Positions 18,324 through 27,598 of a stretch of DNA of 64,000 nucleotides are shown here, one piece after another. The stretch is taken from contig JAVJQT010000011.1 in the NCBI GenBank assembly GCA_040218795.1, positions 33,157-97,156 on the forward strand. Reading direction: 5' to 3'. Both the position numbers and the translations under genes were made by a program. How positions within the stretch are numbered: position 1 is the stretch's first letter; every line of letters starts with the position of its first letter. The notes under the pieces were generated by a model. The model had not been told where the DNA came from. It searched no databases and saw nothing but the letters and a program-made list of their open reading frames with translations. This DNA is from Cytophagales bacterium. GTDB lineage: Bacteria > Bacteroidota > Bacteroidia > Cytophagales > CCMP332.

Positions 18324-19737
18324 TTTTTGGCAGATATGGAATATGAATGTTGGATTCTTCGGTATCCAATTCAGTTTTGGTCTCCAGCAAACTGCAGTAA
18401 ATCCAATCTTCTCTTTTTTAGGTGCAGATCACGCTGATTTACCACTCTTAAATCTAGCCGGACCCGTTACAGGCTTTATTATTCAACCAATCATAGGTGC
18501 TATTTCTGACAAGACCTGGATACCGGGTTGGGGTAGAAGAAAGCCATTTTTTATGATGGGCGCTATTTTGGCGAGCTTATGCCTTTTTGCCTTTCCTTAT
18601 AGTTCAGAGTTATGGTTCGCTGTTGGGTTATTATGGATTCTTGACGTAGGCAATAACACGGCAATGGAGCCTTACCGTGCCTTTGTTGGTGATAAACTGG
18701 CGGATGACCAACTGACCTATGGTTTTCAAATGCAAAGCTTATTTGTTGGAGCCGGTATTACCTTAGCCAATTTCTCCATCTTTATGTTCCAGGATTGGTT
18801 TAGCGATCCAGGCCTGAGTTCAAGCATTTGCGACCCCACCGATGAGACAGTTACATCTATTCCTACCTGGGTGTACTATTCATTTTTTCTGGGTGCTATC
18901 GCCTCAATTGTTACAACAGTGTGGACCGTATTAACTACCCCGGCCATTCCTCCATCTGAGAAGCAATTAGCTGAAATAAAAGAATTTAGAAGTAAGCCAT
19001 TTGGAACAAGGATTTCGGAACCATTCAAAGAAATTATAGACGCGATTGGTGACATGCCAAAATTACTAAAGGATCTTTCCCTTGTTTACTTGTTTCAGTG
19101 GTATGCACTATTTATTTATTGGCAGTTTATTACGCCCATGTTGAGAAGAAGTATGTTTGGAATTAGCAATGAAGACATAAGCAAACTTGAAGGAATTAAG
19201 GAAATCTGCATGGCAGGTGGTGACATTATTCCGACAGATTTGGGATTTGCAGAGCGCATACAAAATATGTCTGAGCAAGCATTGGCTCAAACAGGCCTGA
19301 TGAACGGTACATACAATTTTGTGACAATGATTGTAGCCTTGGCACTCGTGCCGATCGCAGCAAAAGTTGGAAACAAAATAGTGTATGTTTCCAGCTTATT
19401 TCTCACAGGAATTGCCATGTTTATGTTACCATTTATTCGGGATCAATGGTTATTACTTTTTCCTATGATTCTATTTGGTATAGGATGGGCGACTATGATG
19501 GGCGTGCCATACTCCATGGTTTCAAAGGTGATACCTCAGGAAAGGAGAGGAGTATACATGGGGATCGTCAATATGATGATCGTCATCCCTATGTTCATTC
19601 AAACCCTTTCGTTTGGATCTATTGTCAAACACTTATTAAACGACAATCCTATCAATGCAATTCTTTTTGCAGGAACAGCATTTTTAATCGCCGGATTTTT
19701 AGCACTTAGACTTAAAGTATCAAAGCAATATTTATGA
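18301..19737 (+). CDS. MFS/GPH-type sugar:cation symporter (sucrose-transporter-like)
   Basis: About 12 predicted TM segments with a GWGRRKPFF motif after TM2, as in sucrose/H+ symporter-like carriers. Confidence 0.8.
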   Translation: MFKKPKLNFWQIWNMNVGFFGIQFSFGLQQTAVNPIFSFLGADHADLPLLNLAGPVTGFIIQPIIGAISDKTWIPGWGRRKPFFMMGAILASLCLFAFPYSSELWFAVGLLWILDVGNNTAMEPYRAFVGDKLADDQLTYGFQMQSLFVGAGITLANFSIFMFQDWFSDPGLSSSICDPTDETVTSIPTWVYYSFFLGAIASIVTTVWTVLTTPAIPPSEKQLAEIKEFRSKPFGTRISEPFKEIIDAIGDMPKLLKDLSLVYLFQWYALFIYWQFITPMLRRSMFGISNEDISKLEGIKEICMAGGDIIPTDLGFAERIQNMSEQALAQTGLMNGTYNFVTMIVALALVPIAAKVGNKIVYVSSLFLTGIAMFMLPFIRDQWLLLFPMILFGIGWATMMGVPYSMVSKVIPQERRGVYMGIVNMMIVIPMFIQTLSFGSIVKHLLNDNPINAILFAGTAFLIAGFLALRLKVSKQYL

Positions 19738-19919
19738 GCCTTAGGTTATTAATCTTTTTTCGAACGATTTTTTTTAGTTTTTGGATTTGCATCAATGCAT
19801 ACAATAAGCTAGTTAATCATGAATTGGGTCATGCAATCAATACCGGCCATTAAGAGAGGAATATAATCAATAGGGCCATTTTAATTTAAATTGCAGAAGC
19901 ACAAAAGGAAGTCTAGCAA

Positions 19920-20792
19920 ATGAATATTCTTGTTTTCGGTGAAATAGTATGGGACATCATAGAGGAGAAAGAGCACCTCGGTGGAGCACCATTAAACTTT
20001 GCGGCACACACTGCTCAATTGGGAAATAATCTTTCCATCGTTTCAGCAGTTGGCAAGGATCGACTAGGCTCACAAGCCTTGCAAGAACTCGCCAAATTAT
20101 CAATAGATACACAGTTTGTTCAGGTATTAAAAAAAGCCATGACAGGTACTGTTCAGGTAAAATTGGATCATGGGCAGCCTAAGTATAGAATTATTGAAAA
20201 AGTTGCTTACGATTTCATTGATTTTGATGAAATGGATACCCGATTATTGAGTGAATTTGATGTCTTTTATTTTGGAACCTTAGCTCAAAGAAATTGGAAA
20301 AGCCGAAACACCTTAGCGAAAATATTTACGCACTGTTCCTTCCAACATATTTTTTGTGATTTAAACCTTCGTAAAGCTTGCTATTCTAAAGAAATCATAG
20401 CTTCATCTATTGCACAGTGTACCATGCTAAAGTTAAATGATGAAGAAGTTGAAGAAGTTTCAAAACTATTATTTGACACAAATGCAGCTGGGTTAACTGA
20501 ATTTTGGGAAATGCTTAGCAATCGATTCTCAAATGTTAAAATAATGATTATCACGCTGGGGAAGGAAGGATGTCGGATTATCACAAAGGATGATGATTTA
20601 CACATTCCGGCTGAGCCTTGCCTAGTGAAGGATACAATTGGCGCTGGAGATGCCTTTTCTGCAGCATTTGTCAATGAATATTTAAAGCAGGGAGATCTGG
20701 AGCTTGCAGGACGAAAAGCAAACAAAATGGCAGCTTTCGTAGCATCTTCTGATGGTGCTATTCCTGAATTGCCAGGTGATTATTTTCAATAA
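19920..20792 (+). CDS. PfkB-family carbohydrate kinase (fructokinase-like)
   Basis: N-terminal GEIVWD...GGAPLNFA and C-terminal DTIGAGDAFSAAF PfkB signatures. Confidence 0.85.
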   Translation: MNILVFGEIVWDIIEEKEHLGGAPLNFAAHTAQLGNNLSIVSAVGKDRLGSQALQELAKLSIDTQFVQVLKKAMTGTVQVKLDHGQPKYRIIEKVAYDFIDFDEMDTRLLSEFDVFYFGTLAQRNWKSRNTLAKIFTHCSFQHIFCDLNLRKACYSKEIIASSIAQCTMLKLNDEEVEEVSKLLFDTNAAGLTEFWEMLSNRFSNVKIMIITLGKEGCRIITKDDDLHIPAEPCLVKDTIGAGDAFSAAFVNEYLKQGDLELAGRKANKMAAFVASSDGAIPELPGDYFQ

Positions 20793-21265
20793 TTAAAATC
20801 GTATAAGAACTGTGCTGTCTAATTTCAAGGCCGGATCAAAATGCTGAAAATAAATCAGTTATATTAATATCGGCCTGAACTGCTTTTAGTCCGGGCAGGC
20901 ATAAAATCTTTACCCTTATTTTACAGAAGTCCGATAAGTTATTTCAAATTTAATGCTGCGCATAAACAAATCTTTAGTCTTGTTTCATATCGTTCTGTTT
21001 ACTCGCCTATTAAGGCAGTAATAGTTATGGCTAAAGTTCCGGAATATCAAATAAAAGCTATTCTTCACTTATTAATAGGTGCGAGCACTCTTTCGGCTTT
21101 TTTATAAAAAGAGGAAAGGAGAATGAAGAAAACATAAAGCTTTCAACAAATCATACACATCGAAAAGGGCTGTACATTTCAAAAAAAAATCTTTCCATGT
21201 CCTATTTTCATCAGCTCATCCATTAAGTGATTAAAAAATAGATTTTTTAACTTAAAACGAAAAAC

Positions 21266-21607
21266 ATGAAAGATTTTATGATGCTGTTTCACAGCGAACC
21301 AAATCCCAACACTGAACCAACACCGGCGGAAATAGAAGCAGAGATCAAGGAATGGACCGACTGGATAGGAGAAATAGGCGCAAAGGGAAAATTGAAGAAT
21401 CAGGGAGAAGCACTGGGCTTCGAAGGCAAAACCATACATGCCGATGGCTCCATTACCGATGGCCCCTATGCAGAGGTCAAGGAAATAATCGGAGGGTTTA
21501 TTATTGTGACTGCAGAACATGTGGATGAAGCGGTTGGATTGGCAAAAGGTTGTCCGGGGCTGGCCAATGGGGGCAAGGTAGAGGTCAGAGAGGTCATTAA
21601 GATGTAA
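21266..21607 (+). CDS. YciI-family protein
   Basis: Small protein of 113 aa with DGPYAEVKEIIGGFIIV and GCP...G.VEVR motifs typical of YCII/DGPF proteins. Sits immediately upstream of the sigma factor gene. Confidence 0.7.
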   Translation: MKDFMMLFHSEPNPNTEPTPAEIEAEIKEWTDWIGEIGAKGKLKNQGEALGFEGKTIHADGSITDGPYAEVKEIIGGFIIVTAEHVDEAVGLAKGCPGLANGGKVEVREVIKM

Positions 21608-21616
21608 TAATCGGAA

Positions 21617-22846
21617 ATGGCTGATCCTCAAAAGCTATCCGAAATTTTTAAAACTGAGTACAGTAACCTGGTTGCTGTACTCAGTAATTATTATGGCATA
21701 AGCGATCTTCAGTATGCGGAGGATATTGTTTCAGAGACCTTCCTAAAAGCCATGAAGTCCTGGTCCCATAAGGGCATTCCGCAGTACCCCAGAGCATGGT
21801 TAAGAAAAGTGGCACAAAACTTATTCTACGAAGAACTCCGCAGAAAGAAAACCTTTAAAGATAAAATCAGCAAAGAAGTGCTATCCGAACAGGAATTTAC
21901 AGATAGCATTGAGATCACAGATAAAGTCATTGAAGATAGCCAGCTCAGAATGATGTTTTTGCTTTGTGATCCTGAATTAAATCGCGAAGCACAATTGTGC
22001 ATAGCCTTGCGAGTTCTATGCGGATTTAGCACCGAGGAAATTTCCAAAGCAATGCTTTCCAATAAAGAATCAGTTAATAAAAAGCTATATCGGGCCAAAA
22101 AAGCGCTTCGGAACCAGCTTTCTATCGATAGGGATTTAAGTCCTGCCGATTATGAGAAAAGACTTGACAATGTCTTGAGAGTAATTTACCTGCTCTTCAA
22201 CGAAGGCTATTATAGCTCAACGCTGGAGAATAATATTCGCCATGATTTATGCTGGGAAGCCATGCGATTGGGCATTTTTTTATCAAAACAACAACACTTT
22301 GAGCTTGCACATGTGCATGCACTTATTGCGCTCATGTGTTTTCATGCCTCCAGGCTCAATGCACGTCAATCGGGTGAAAAAGGGGATCTTCTTTACCATG
22401 AACAAGATAGGTCTCAATGGGATCAGGCGCTTATTACTAAGGGACAATCTTACCTCAAATTAGCCTCAGAAGGAAAACGTCTAAGCAAATACCATTTGGA
22501 AGCCATGATTGCATACTGGCATACGCGAGAGGAGGAGGGAAAGTGGCAGCAAATACTGATGCATTATAATAAACTGCTTACCCTGGAGTATTCTCCGGTC
22601 ATCGCAATGAACCGTTCCTTTGCCATGGCCAAAGTACATTCACCTAAAAAAGCCATAGAAAGCGCCTCCAAATTAGAACTTAAGGATAATGCCCATTATT
22701 GCTGTCTGATGGCCGAATTACACCGAATGAATATGGATACAGATCAGGAGATAAAGCAGCTCAATAAGGCCTTAAAATTGACTAAAAAGGAAAATGAAAA
22801 GGCTTTAATTCGAAAAAAACTGGAAAAGGCTTTTAATCGTACTTAA
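21617..22846 (+). CDS. sigma-70 family (ECF-like) RNA polymerase sigma factor with a long C-terminal extension
   Basis: Region 2-like (DIVSETFLKAMKSW...AWLRKVAQN) and region 4-like (LCGFSTEEISKAMLSNKESVNKKLYRAK) segments, followed by an extension of about 230 aa. Confidence 0.75.
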   Translation: MADPQKLSEIFKTEYSNLVAVLSNYYGISDLQYAEDIVSETFLKAMKSWSHKGIPQYPRAWLRKVAQNLFYEELRRKKTFKDKISKEVLSEQEFTDSIEITDKVIEDSQLRMMFLLCDPELNREAQLCIALRVLCGFSTEEISKAMLSNKESVNKKLYRAKKALRNQLSIDRDLSPADYEKRLDNVLRVIYLLFNEGYYSSTLENNIRHDLCWEAMRLGIFLSKQQHFELAHVHALIALMCFHASRLNARQSGEKGDLLYHEQDRSQWDQALITKGQSYLKLASEGKRLSKYHLEAMIAYWHTREEEGKWQQILMHYNKLLTLEYSPVIAMNRSFAMAKVHSPKKAIESASKLELKDNAHYCCLMAELHRMNMDTDQEIKQLNKALKLTKKENEKALIRKKLEKAFNRT

Positions 22847-22913
22847 TCGAATTAGAGATTTGATTAAAAATTGTGTTTTAAAGTCTGGCGCAAAGGGCTG
22901 AGTTGAAAGCAAA

Positions 22914-23435
22914 ATGAAAAACCTCAATGCTATAATTTTTTTAAATTCGCTTCGATTTTCACAACTTATTTGCCTGTTTATGAAGCAATCGTTAATGTAT
23001 TTTTTGGTGGCCCTGTTTGCCATTTTTTTAGGTAGCCAGATTACTGAAGCCGTACTTTTGGTTCCCTACTGGCAGTCACTTTCAGCGGCAGACTTTTATA
23101 GCTATTATCAAAAGTTCGGGCCATTAATCGGTCGATTTTATACCATTCTGACCATCATCGCTTTGTTGATTCCCATTGGATTGTCTGTTTATCTGTTTCG
23201 AAGCAAAGCACCTGGTTTTCGTTTTGCTTTCATATCTGCAGTATTGGCAATACTCTTTGTTGCTTGTTTTTATGTCTACTTCAAGGGCACCAATGCGCTG
23301 TTTTACCAATCTGCTTTTTCTCCGGCAGAGTTAAAAAGCGAATTAATTACCTGGAGCAAGTGGCACTGGGGCAGGGTAGTATTGGAATGCTTTTCACTGC
23401 TTTTTCTCATTTTAGCGCTGGCCAAAAGGAATTGA
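22914..23435 (+). CDS. integral membrane protein (DUF1772-like), 4 TM
   Basis: Four hydrophobic segments with ...VPYWQSLSAADFYSYYQKFGP.... The more likely start is the ATG at 22980. Confidence 0.4.
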   Translation: MKNLNAIIFLNSLRFSQLICLFMKQSLMYFLVALFAIFLGSQITEAVLLVPYWQSLSAADFYSYYQKFGPLIGRFYTILTIIALLIPIGLSVYLFRSKAPGFRFAFISAVLAILFVACFYVYFKGTNALFYQSAFSPAELKSELITWSKWHWGRVVLECFSLLFLILALAKRN

Positions 23436-23688
23436 AGCATGCCTGTAAATGAAGGCCGCTCAGCAATGATCAATCATCAGATGTTTACAGGTCAAAATTC
23501 TCAGCTGTCAAGGACCGGCTAATAAAAATATAGGTATAAAATGAAAATTTCCGGGTGGTGAAATTGAGGAAAGGGAGAACAAGTTCCCCCTCATTGCAAC
23601 TAAGTCCCCTAAAAAATTGTACAGAAATTGCTCATAGGGACATTAATTATTTCATTCATTTGGAGTTCGAAACCTTGCGTATTAAAAC

Positions 23689-25815
23689 CTAGTAGGTTAA
23701 CGTGAGTCCTGCACCATATTTCATGTCGCTGTCATAATGAGTAGATATTGAGATGTATTTGCTGACTATGTATCTTGAGCCGATTGCATATTCAAAATCC
23801 GTATTCCAAGATCCCCACAAACGTATTCGAGGCGTTAAAGGAATATCATCCCGTAGTATTTGAGCCCTTAATCTGCCGGTATGATCGATTCGGACTTCCG
23901 TTTGGATGAACCAGGGCATAGTATAGGTAAATCCAGCACAGGCGACAAATCGATTATCTTTCGTATTCTTCTGATTGAAAAGATTTTTTTCGAATTCATC
24001 TTCTTCTCTTCCACGCATGTCCCAGCCCACATAGGGCATAAAGAACTGATTGCGACCTATTAGCATTCCAATGTGACTTTCAGATTCATAGCCGGTTTCA
24101 TTTCTGAACCCTACACGCCATTCCGTTGAAAGATTCCATCGTGTATTTTGGAGTGAAACTTCACCATCGCTTCCGTTGCTTTCCAAAGCGATTTCAGCAC
24201 CGAGGTAAAACCTGCGATCATCTCTGTAGACCATCTTTTGTGCCATTTTTGGATCGGGAAGCTGTGGATTAGGAGGTGTATTTTCATAAGTGAAAATTCG
24301 TCCCATTCCGGACATCATGTGATACAAAATATGACAATGAAAATACCAGTCTCCATAATTTTCTGAGGCATGAAATTCAATGGTATCGGTTTCCATGGGA
24401 AGAATATCAACAACCGTCTTTAATGGTGAATATTCTCCATTTCCATTGAGTAATCTAAAAAAATGACCATGGAGATGCATAGGATGTCGCATCATCGAAT
24501 TGTTGTAAATAATGATTCGAACATTTTCTCCCTTTTTTATAAGGATCTTACCGTTCTCTGACACTGTTTTATTATCAATTGTCCACACATATCGGTTCAT
24601 ATTACCCGTTAGTTCAAATCTCATTTCTCGTGTGGGTGCATCTGGCAAAGTGGTCACTTCCGGTGCCTTTAGCATCGCATAATTAAGGGTTACAATTGGC
24701 TCCTCAGCCATCATCTCGGGGTACATAAGCATATTCATGTCCATTTGCTGAAGGCTCATATTCATTCCCATGTCATTCATTTTACCACCAAGTGTCATCA
24801 TCTCATTCATCATTTTCATGCCTTGGAAATATTCTAGCCGAGGCATGGGTGTTTCAGAATTTTTAATACCCTTTCCCACCCAAAGAGAGGCGCTATTCGT
24901 GCGATCTTCTGCGGTGGCCAATACTTCAAACATACCATCTGAGGGGATCACAATTTTGACATCATAGGTTTCGGAAACACCAATTATCAATCGATCAACT
25001 TCAACAGGCTGGACATCAGCTCCATCATTGGCCACAACGCTCAACTTTCCACCGGAATAGTTAATCCAGAAATAAGTTGAAGAGCTGCCATTGATGATTC
25101 GCAATCGGACGGTGTCTCCTGGTGCGTAGATGGCTTCCTGTGTTGATCCGCCGTTGATCAACAATTTGTCATAATACACATCGCTGACGTCCATCGCCAT
25201 CATTCGTTTAAACTCGTTGCCAAATTTGGTTCCCAAATGCCCGTCTCGAATTGCTTCACTATAACTTTGTGTTGCTCCCTTCTTGATGGCATACCAGTCG
25301 GTGGCCATGTGAAGCGAACGCTCGACCTGCTCCGGTTTCTCGTTTGTCCAGTCACTCAATAGCATTGTATATTCTAAGCTTGGGCGTTCTTGTTTTTTAT
25401 GAATAATAAATGCGCCATACATGCCCACCTGCTCCTGGAGCATGGTGTGTGAATGATACCAATAGGTACCTGACTGTACAATTGGGAAGCGAAACACATG
25501 CTCACTTTTAGCTTTAATGGGTGCGGTGGTCAGGTATGGGACACCATCCTGTTCATTGGGCAGGATCAGTCCATGCCAGTGAATGGAGGTTTCATGGTGC
25601 ATCATGTTATGAACATGAATTTCAGCCGTATCTCCTTCGATGAAATGGAGGCTGGGAGCGGGTATTTGACCATTTATCGCTATTGCCATTCGCTCCTTAC
25701 CAGTATAGTTGACCAGCGTATCTTTCACGAAAAGGTCATAGCGAACCACCTGAGCCATGGAGAAATAGGCCATTAGTAGCCCTAATATTAGTATAAGAAA
25801 TCTTTTCATGATCAA
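23689..25815 (-). CDS. multicopper oxidase (CopA/PcoA-like) fused to a C-terminal CopB-like beta-barrel region
   Basis: Copper-ligand motifs HWHG, WYHSH, HPMHLHGH and HCHILYHMMSGM. Met-rich insert MKMMNEMMTLGGKMNDMGMNMSLQQMDMNM. The C-terminal ~180 aa show an alternating beta-strand pattern ending ...GAGLTLTY. Confidence 0.8.
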   Translation of the reverse strand: MIMKRFLILILGLLMAYFSMAQVVRYDLFVKDTLVNYTGKERMAIAINGQIPAPSLHFIEGDTAEIHVHNMMHHETSIHWHGLILPNEQDGVPYLTTAPIKAKSEHVFRFPIVQSGTYWYHSHTMLQEQVGMYGAFIIHKKQERPSLEYTMLLSDWTNEKPEQVERSLHMATDWYAIKKGATQSYSEAIRDGHLGTKFGNEFKRMMAMDVSDVYYDKLLINGGSTQEAIYAPGDTVRLRIINGSSSTYFWINYSGGKLSVVANDGADVQPVEVDRLIIGVSETYDVKIVIPSDGMFEVLATAEDRTNSASLWVGKGIKNSETPMPRLEYFQGMKMMNEMMTLGGKMNDMGMNMSLQQMDMNMLMYPEMMAEEPIVTLNYAMLKAPEVTTLPDAPTREMRFELTGNMNRYVWTIDNKTVSENGKILIKKGENVRIIIYNNSMMRHPMHLHGHFFRLLNGNGEYSPLKTVVDILPMETDTIEFHASENYGDWYFHCHILYHMMSGMGRIFTYENTPPNPQLPDPKMAQKMVYRDDRRFYLGAEIALESNGSDGEVSLQNTRWNLSTEWRVGFRNETGYESESHIGMLIGRNQFFMPYVGWDMRGREEDEFEKNLFNQKNTKDNRFVACAGFTYTMPWFIQTEVRIDHTGRLRAQILRDDIPLTPRIRLWGSWNTDFEYAIGSRYIVSKYISISTHYDSDMKYGAGLTLTY

Positions 25816-26276
25816 GGCTTTATTGATTTTTCAACCTTTCCACAGCTAAGCATTTGCTTTCCATAGAATGGGTTTCTTATTGCAGCTGCTTCACTTATCC
25901 AATGGGCTTTTTTCATCGGACAGTAATTATAGTAAATGTCTCTTCCAAGGGCTTCGCTTTCATTGATAAGTTGCCACATCAACACAGATTGTTCAGCAAA
26001 GGCCGTTCGTTGCTGTTCGATTGTGCCAGCCTCTGCGATCGCTTTTGTCGATCGAAGAAGGTCCTCTACCAGAGATTTGTCAGTGCTGACTTCTTTCAGA
26101 TTATCCAAAGAAGTAACAAGAAGCTCACCAGAGCTTAATGCACTTGCATAATCACTATTTACCAAATGGTTTTTTAAGGCTATGTAATCTTCAAAAACCT
26201 TGTCCAGGTTTTGCGCTGAAAGGCTGCCCCATATTAGGGCAGCCATCATAATAAGTCCTGCGGATCTCATAATCAA
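25812..26276 (-). CDS. DUF3347-domain periplasmic protein
   Basis: Signal peptide and a C-terminal YCPMKKAHWIS...NPFYGKQMLSCG motif typical of DUF3347 proteins found in Bacteroidota metal loci. Confidence 0.65.
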   Translation of the reverse strand: MIMRSAGLIMMAALIWGSLSAQNLDKVFEDYIALKNHLVNSDYASALSSGELLVTSLDNLKEVSTDKSLVEDLLRSTKAIAEAGTIEQQRTAFAEQSVLMWQLINESEALGRDIYYNYCPMKKAHWISEAAAIRNPFYGKQMLSCGKVEKSIKP

Positions 26277-26485
26277 TTGATTGATTTGGCTGAATAACCG
26301 GCAGCTTCTACTGCTTGCGAAATTGCCTCTGCAGAAATACCCATTGTTTTAACAGTGAGGACCTTATTGGGATTTTTTAAATCTATTTCCCAGTTGTTAT
26401 CACCGGCTAGTTCATCCAGGTATGGCGTCACTTTTGCAAGACACCCTGTACATTTAATTGTTGAATTGAATTTTAACGTTTCCAT
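26273..26485 (-). CDS. heavy-metal-associated (HMA) domain protein, CopZ-like
   Basis: 70 aa, ferredoxin-like fold length, with a CTGC (CxxC) metal-binding motif. Confidence 0.75.
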   Translation of the reverse strand: METLKFNSTIKCTGCLAKVTPYLDELAGDNNWEIDLKNPNKVLTVKTMGISAEAISQAVEAAGYSAKSIN

Positions 26486-27594
26486 TATTTTGATATTAAT
26501 TGTTTAGTAAAATTAAGACGACTCCCTGTGCTGTGTTTTATACCATTTGGGTGATTCGTTGTATAATTTTCGTAGGCCAAAAGCACCTTATCAGTTGTCG
26601 CATAACCGGTACACAACAATGCATAACCTTGATCAACCTGATCATCAGTAAGCGCGTAGTTTTCGCGCATTCTTACCTTACCTGCCAGAACCTTCACCTG
26701 GCATGTACCACACATGGCCTCCTTACAAGAATGTGGTAATGCATAGCCCATCTTCAAAGCCTGACTTAGAATTGTTTCCTCCCGACTGACTTTTATACTG
26801 ATCCTTTCTTTAAGCAAAATATCAACAGTGCTCGATTCTGAAGCCGAAGACATATTTTCCAATTGGCTTTCTTTATTTGAAAATGTCTCCATAACTATGC
26901 GGTCATGGGCTAAGCCTTGTAGTTTTAAAGATTCACTGGCCATTGTCATTAGACCTTGGGGACCACAGATATAAGCGTACACATTTTCTTTAGCCTGACC
27001 TTCCATGAAATGCTCTAGATCCGAATTATTAATCTTACGATTTAGCAGATCAGTGGCGGTTTTTAGATCTAATTCGTCAACAAAATATTTTACTGCCAAG
27101 CGATTAGAAAACCTTTTCTTTAGGTCATCCAGTTTATCCCTGAAAATAATTGAATCTGATCTTTTGCTTGAATAAAGGAGCGTAATTTGGCCTGCATCAC
27201 TATAGCTGAGCAGCGATTTGATCAAGGAAAATATGGGAGTGATGCCACTGCCACCTGCAATCATCAGGTGTTTTTTTGTGCTGTCTTTTAGAATAAATCG
27301 ACCATAAGGCTCGCTTACATTAATGACATCACCTGCCCTCAATGTGCCCAAAAAATGAGATAATAATCCATTCGGCATACGCTTGATTGTAACAGCAGGC
27401 AAGAGGTCAGTTTCGGTTGCTGAGGAAAAGGAATATTGTCTGATAACTTCCTGACCCTCAATAGTTACAAAGAAATTGATGAACTGCCCTGGTTTATAGT
27501 TATTGATGCCTTCTACGGCATTGAAAACAAGGGTATAGGCGTCATCCGTTTCGCGGATGACTTGCCTAATTGTTGTTGAGACTTTCATTGTCAA
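26485..27594 (-). CDS. FNR-like flavoprotein with a C-terminal plant-type [2Fe-2S] ferredoxin domain (PaaE / phthalate dioxygenase reductase-like)
   Basis: FAD motif RQYSFSS, NAD(P) motif MIAGGSGITP, and the cluster motif CKEAMCGTCQV...LLC. Confidence 0.8.
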   Translation of the reverse strand: MTMKVSTTIRQVIRETDDAYTLVFNAVEGINNYKPGQFINFFVTIEGQEVIRQYSFSSATETDLLPAVTIKRMPNGLLSHFLGTLRAGDVINVSEPYGRFILKDSTKKHLMIAGGSGITPIFSLIKSLLSYSDAGQITLLYSSKRSDSIIFRDKLDDLKKRFSNRLAVKYFVDELDLKTATDLLNRKINNSDLEHFMEGQAKENVYAYICGPQGLMTMASESLKLQGLAHDRIVMETFSNKESQLENMSSASESSTVDILLKERISIKVSREETILSQALKMGYALPHSCKEAMCGTCQVKVLAGKVRMRENYALTDDQVDQGYALLCTGYATTDKVLLAYENYTTNHPNGIKHSTGSRLNFTKQLISK

Positions 27595-27598
27595 CAGA

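Noticed and set aside
20793-21265. 470-bp intergenic region with a long-range imperfect inverted repeat (CTCGCCTATTAA ... TTAATAGGTGCGAG) as a possible riboswitch or sRNA
   Set aside because: The pairing is imperfect with a loop of about 55 nt. No recognisable riboswitch core motifs are present and there is no clear promoter or terminator pair.
21179-21631. 150-aa minus-strand ORF overlapping the YciI gene. Similar antisense ORFs include 687-923, 1245-1532, 5756-6055, 6500-6781, 9474-9812, 20381-20725, 46036-46323, 49225-49734, 49731-50003 and 31395-31622.
   Set aside because: These are shadow ORFs lying inside, and antisense to, genes with strong family signatures. Their translations are low-complexity and carry no motifs.
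23662-23674. GGAGTTCGAAACC, which resembles a tRNA T-arm/T-loop
   Set aside because: The flanks do not form a T-stem (GGAG versus CCTT is not complementary). No acceptor or anticodon arms can be drawn nearby.
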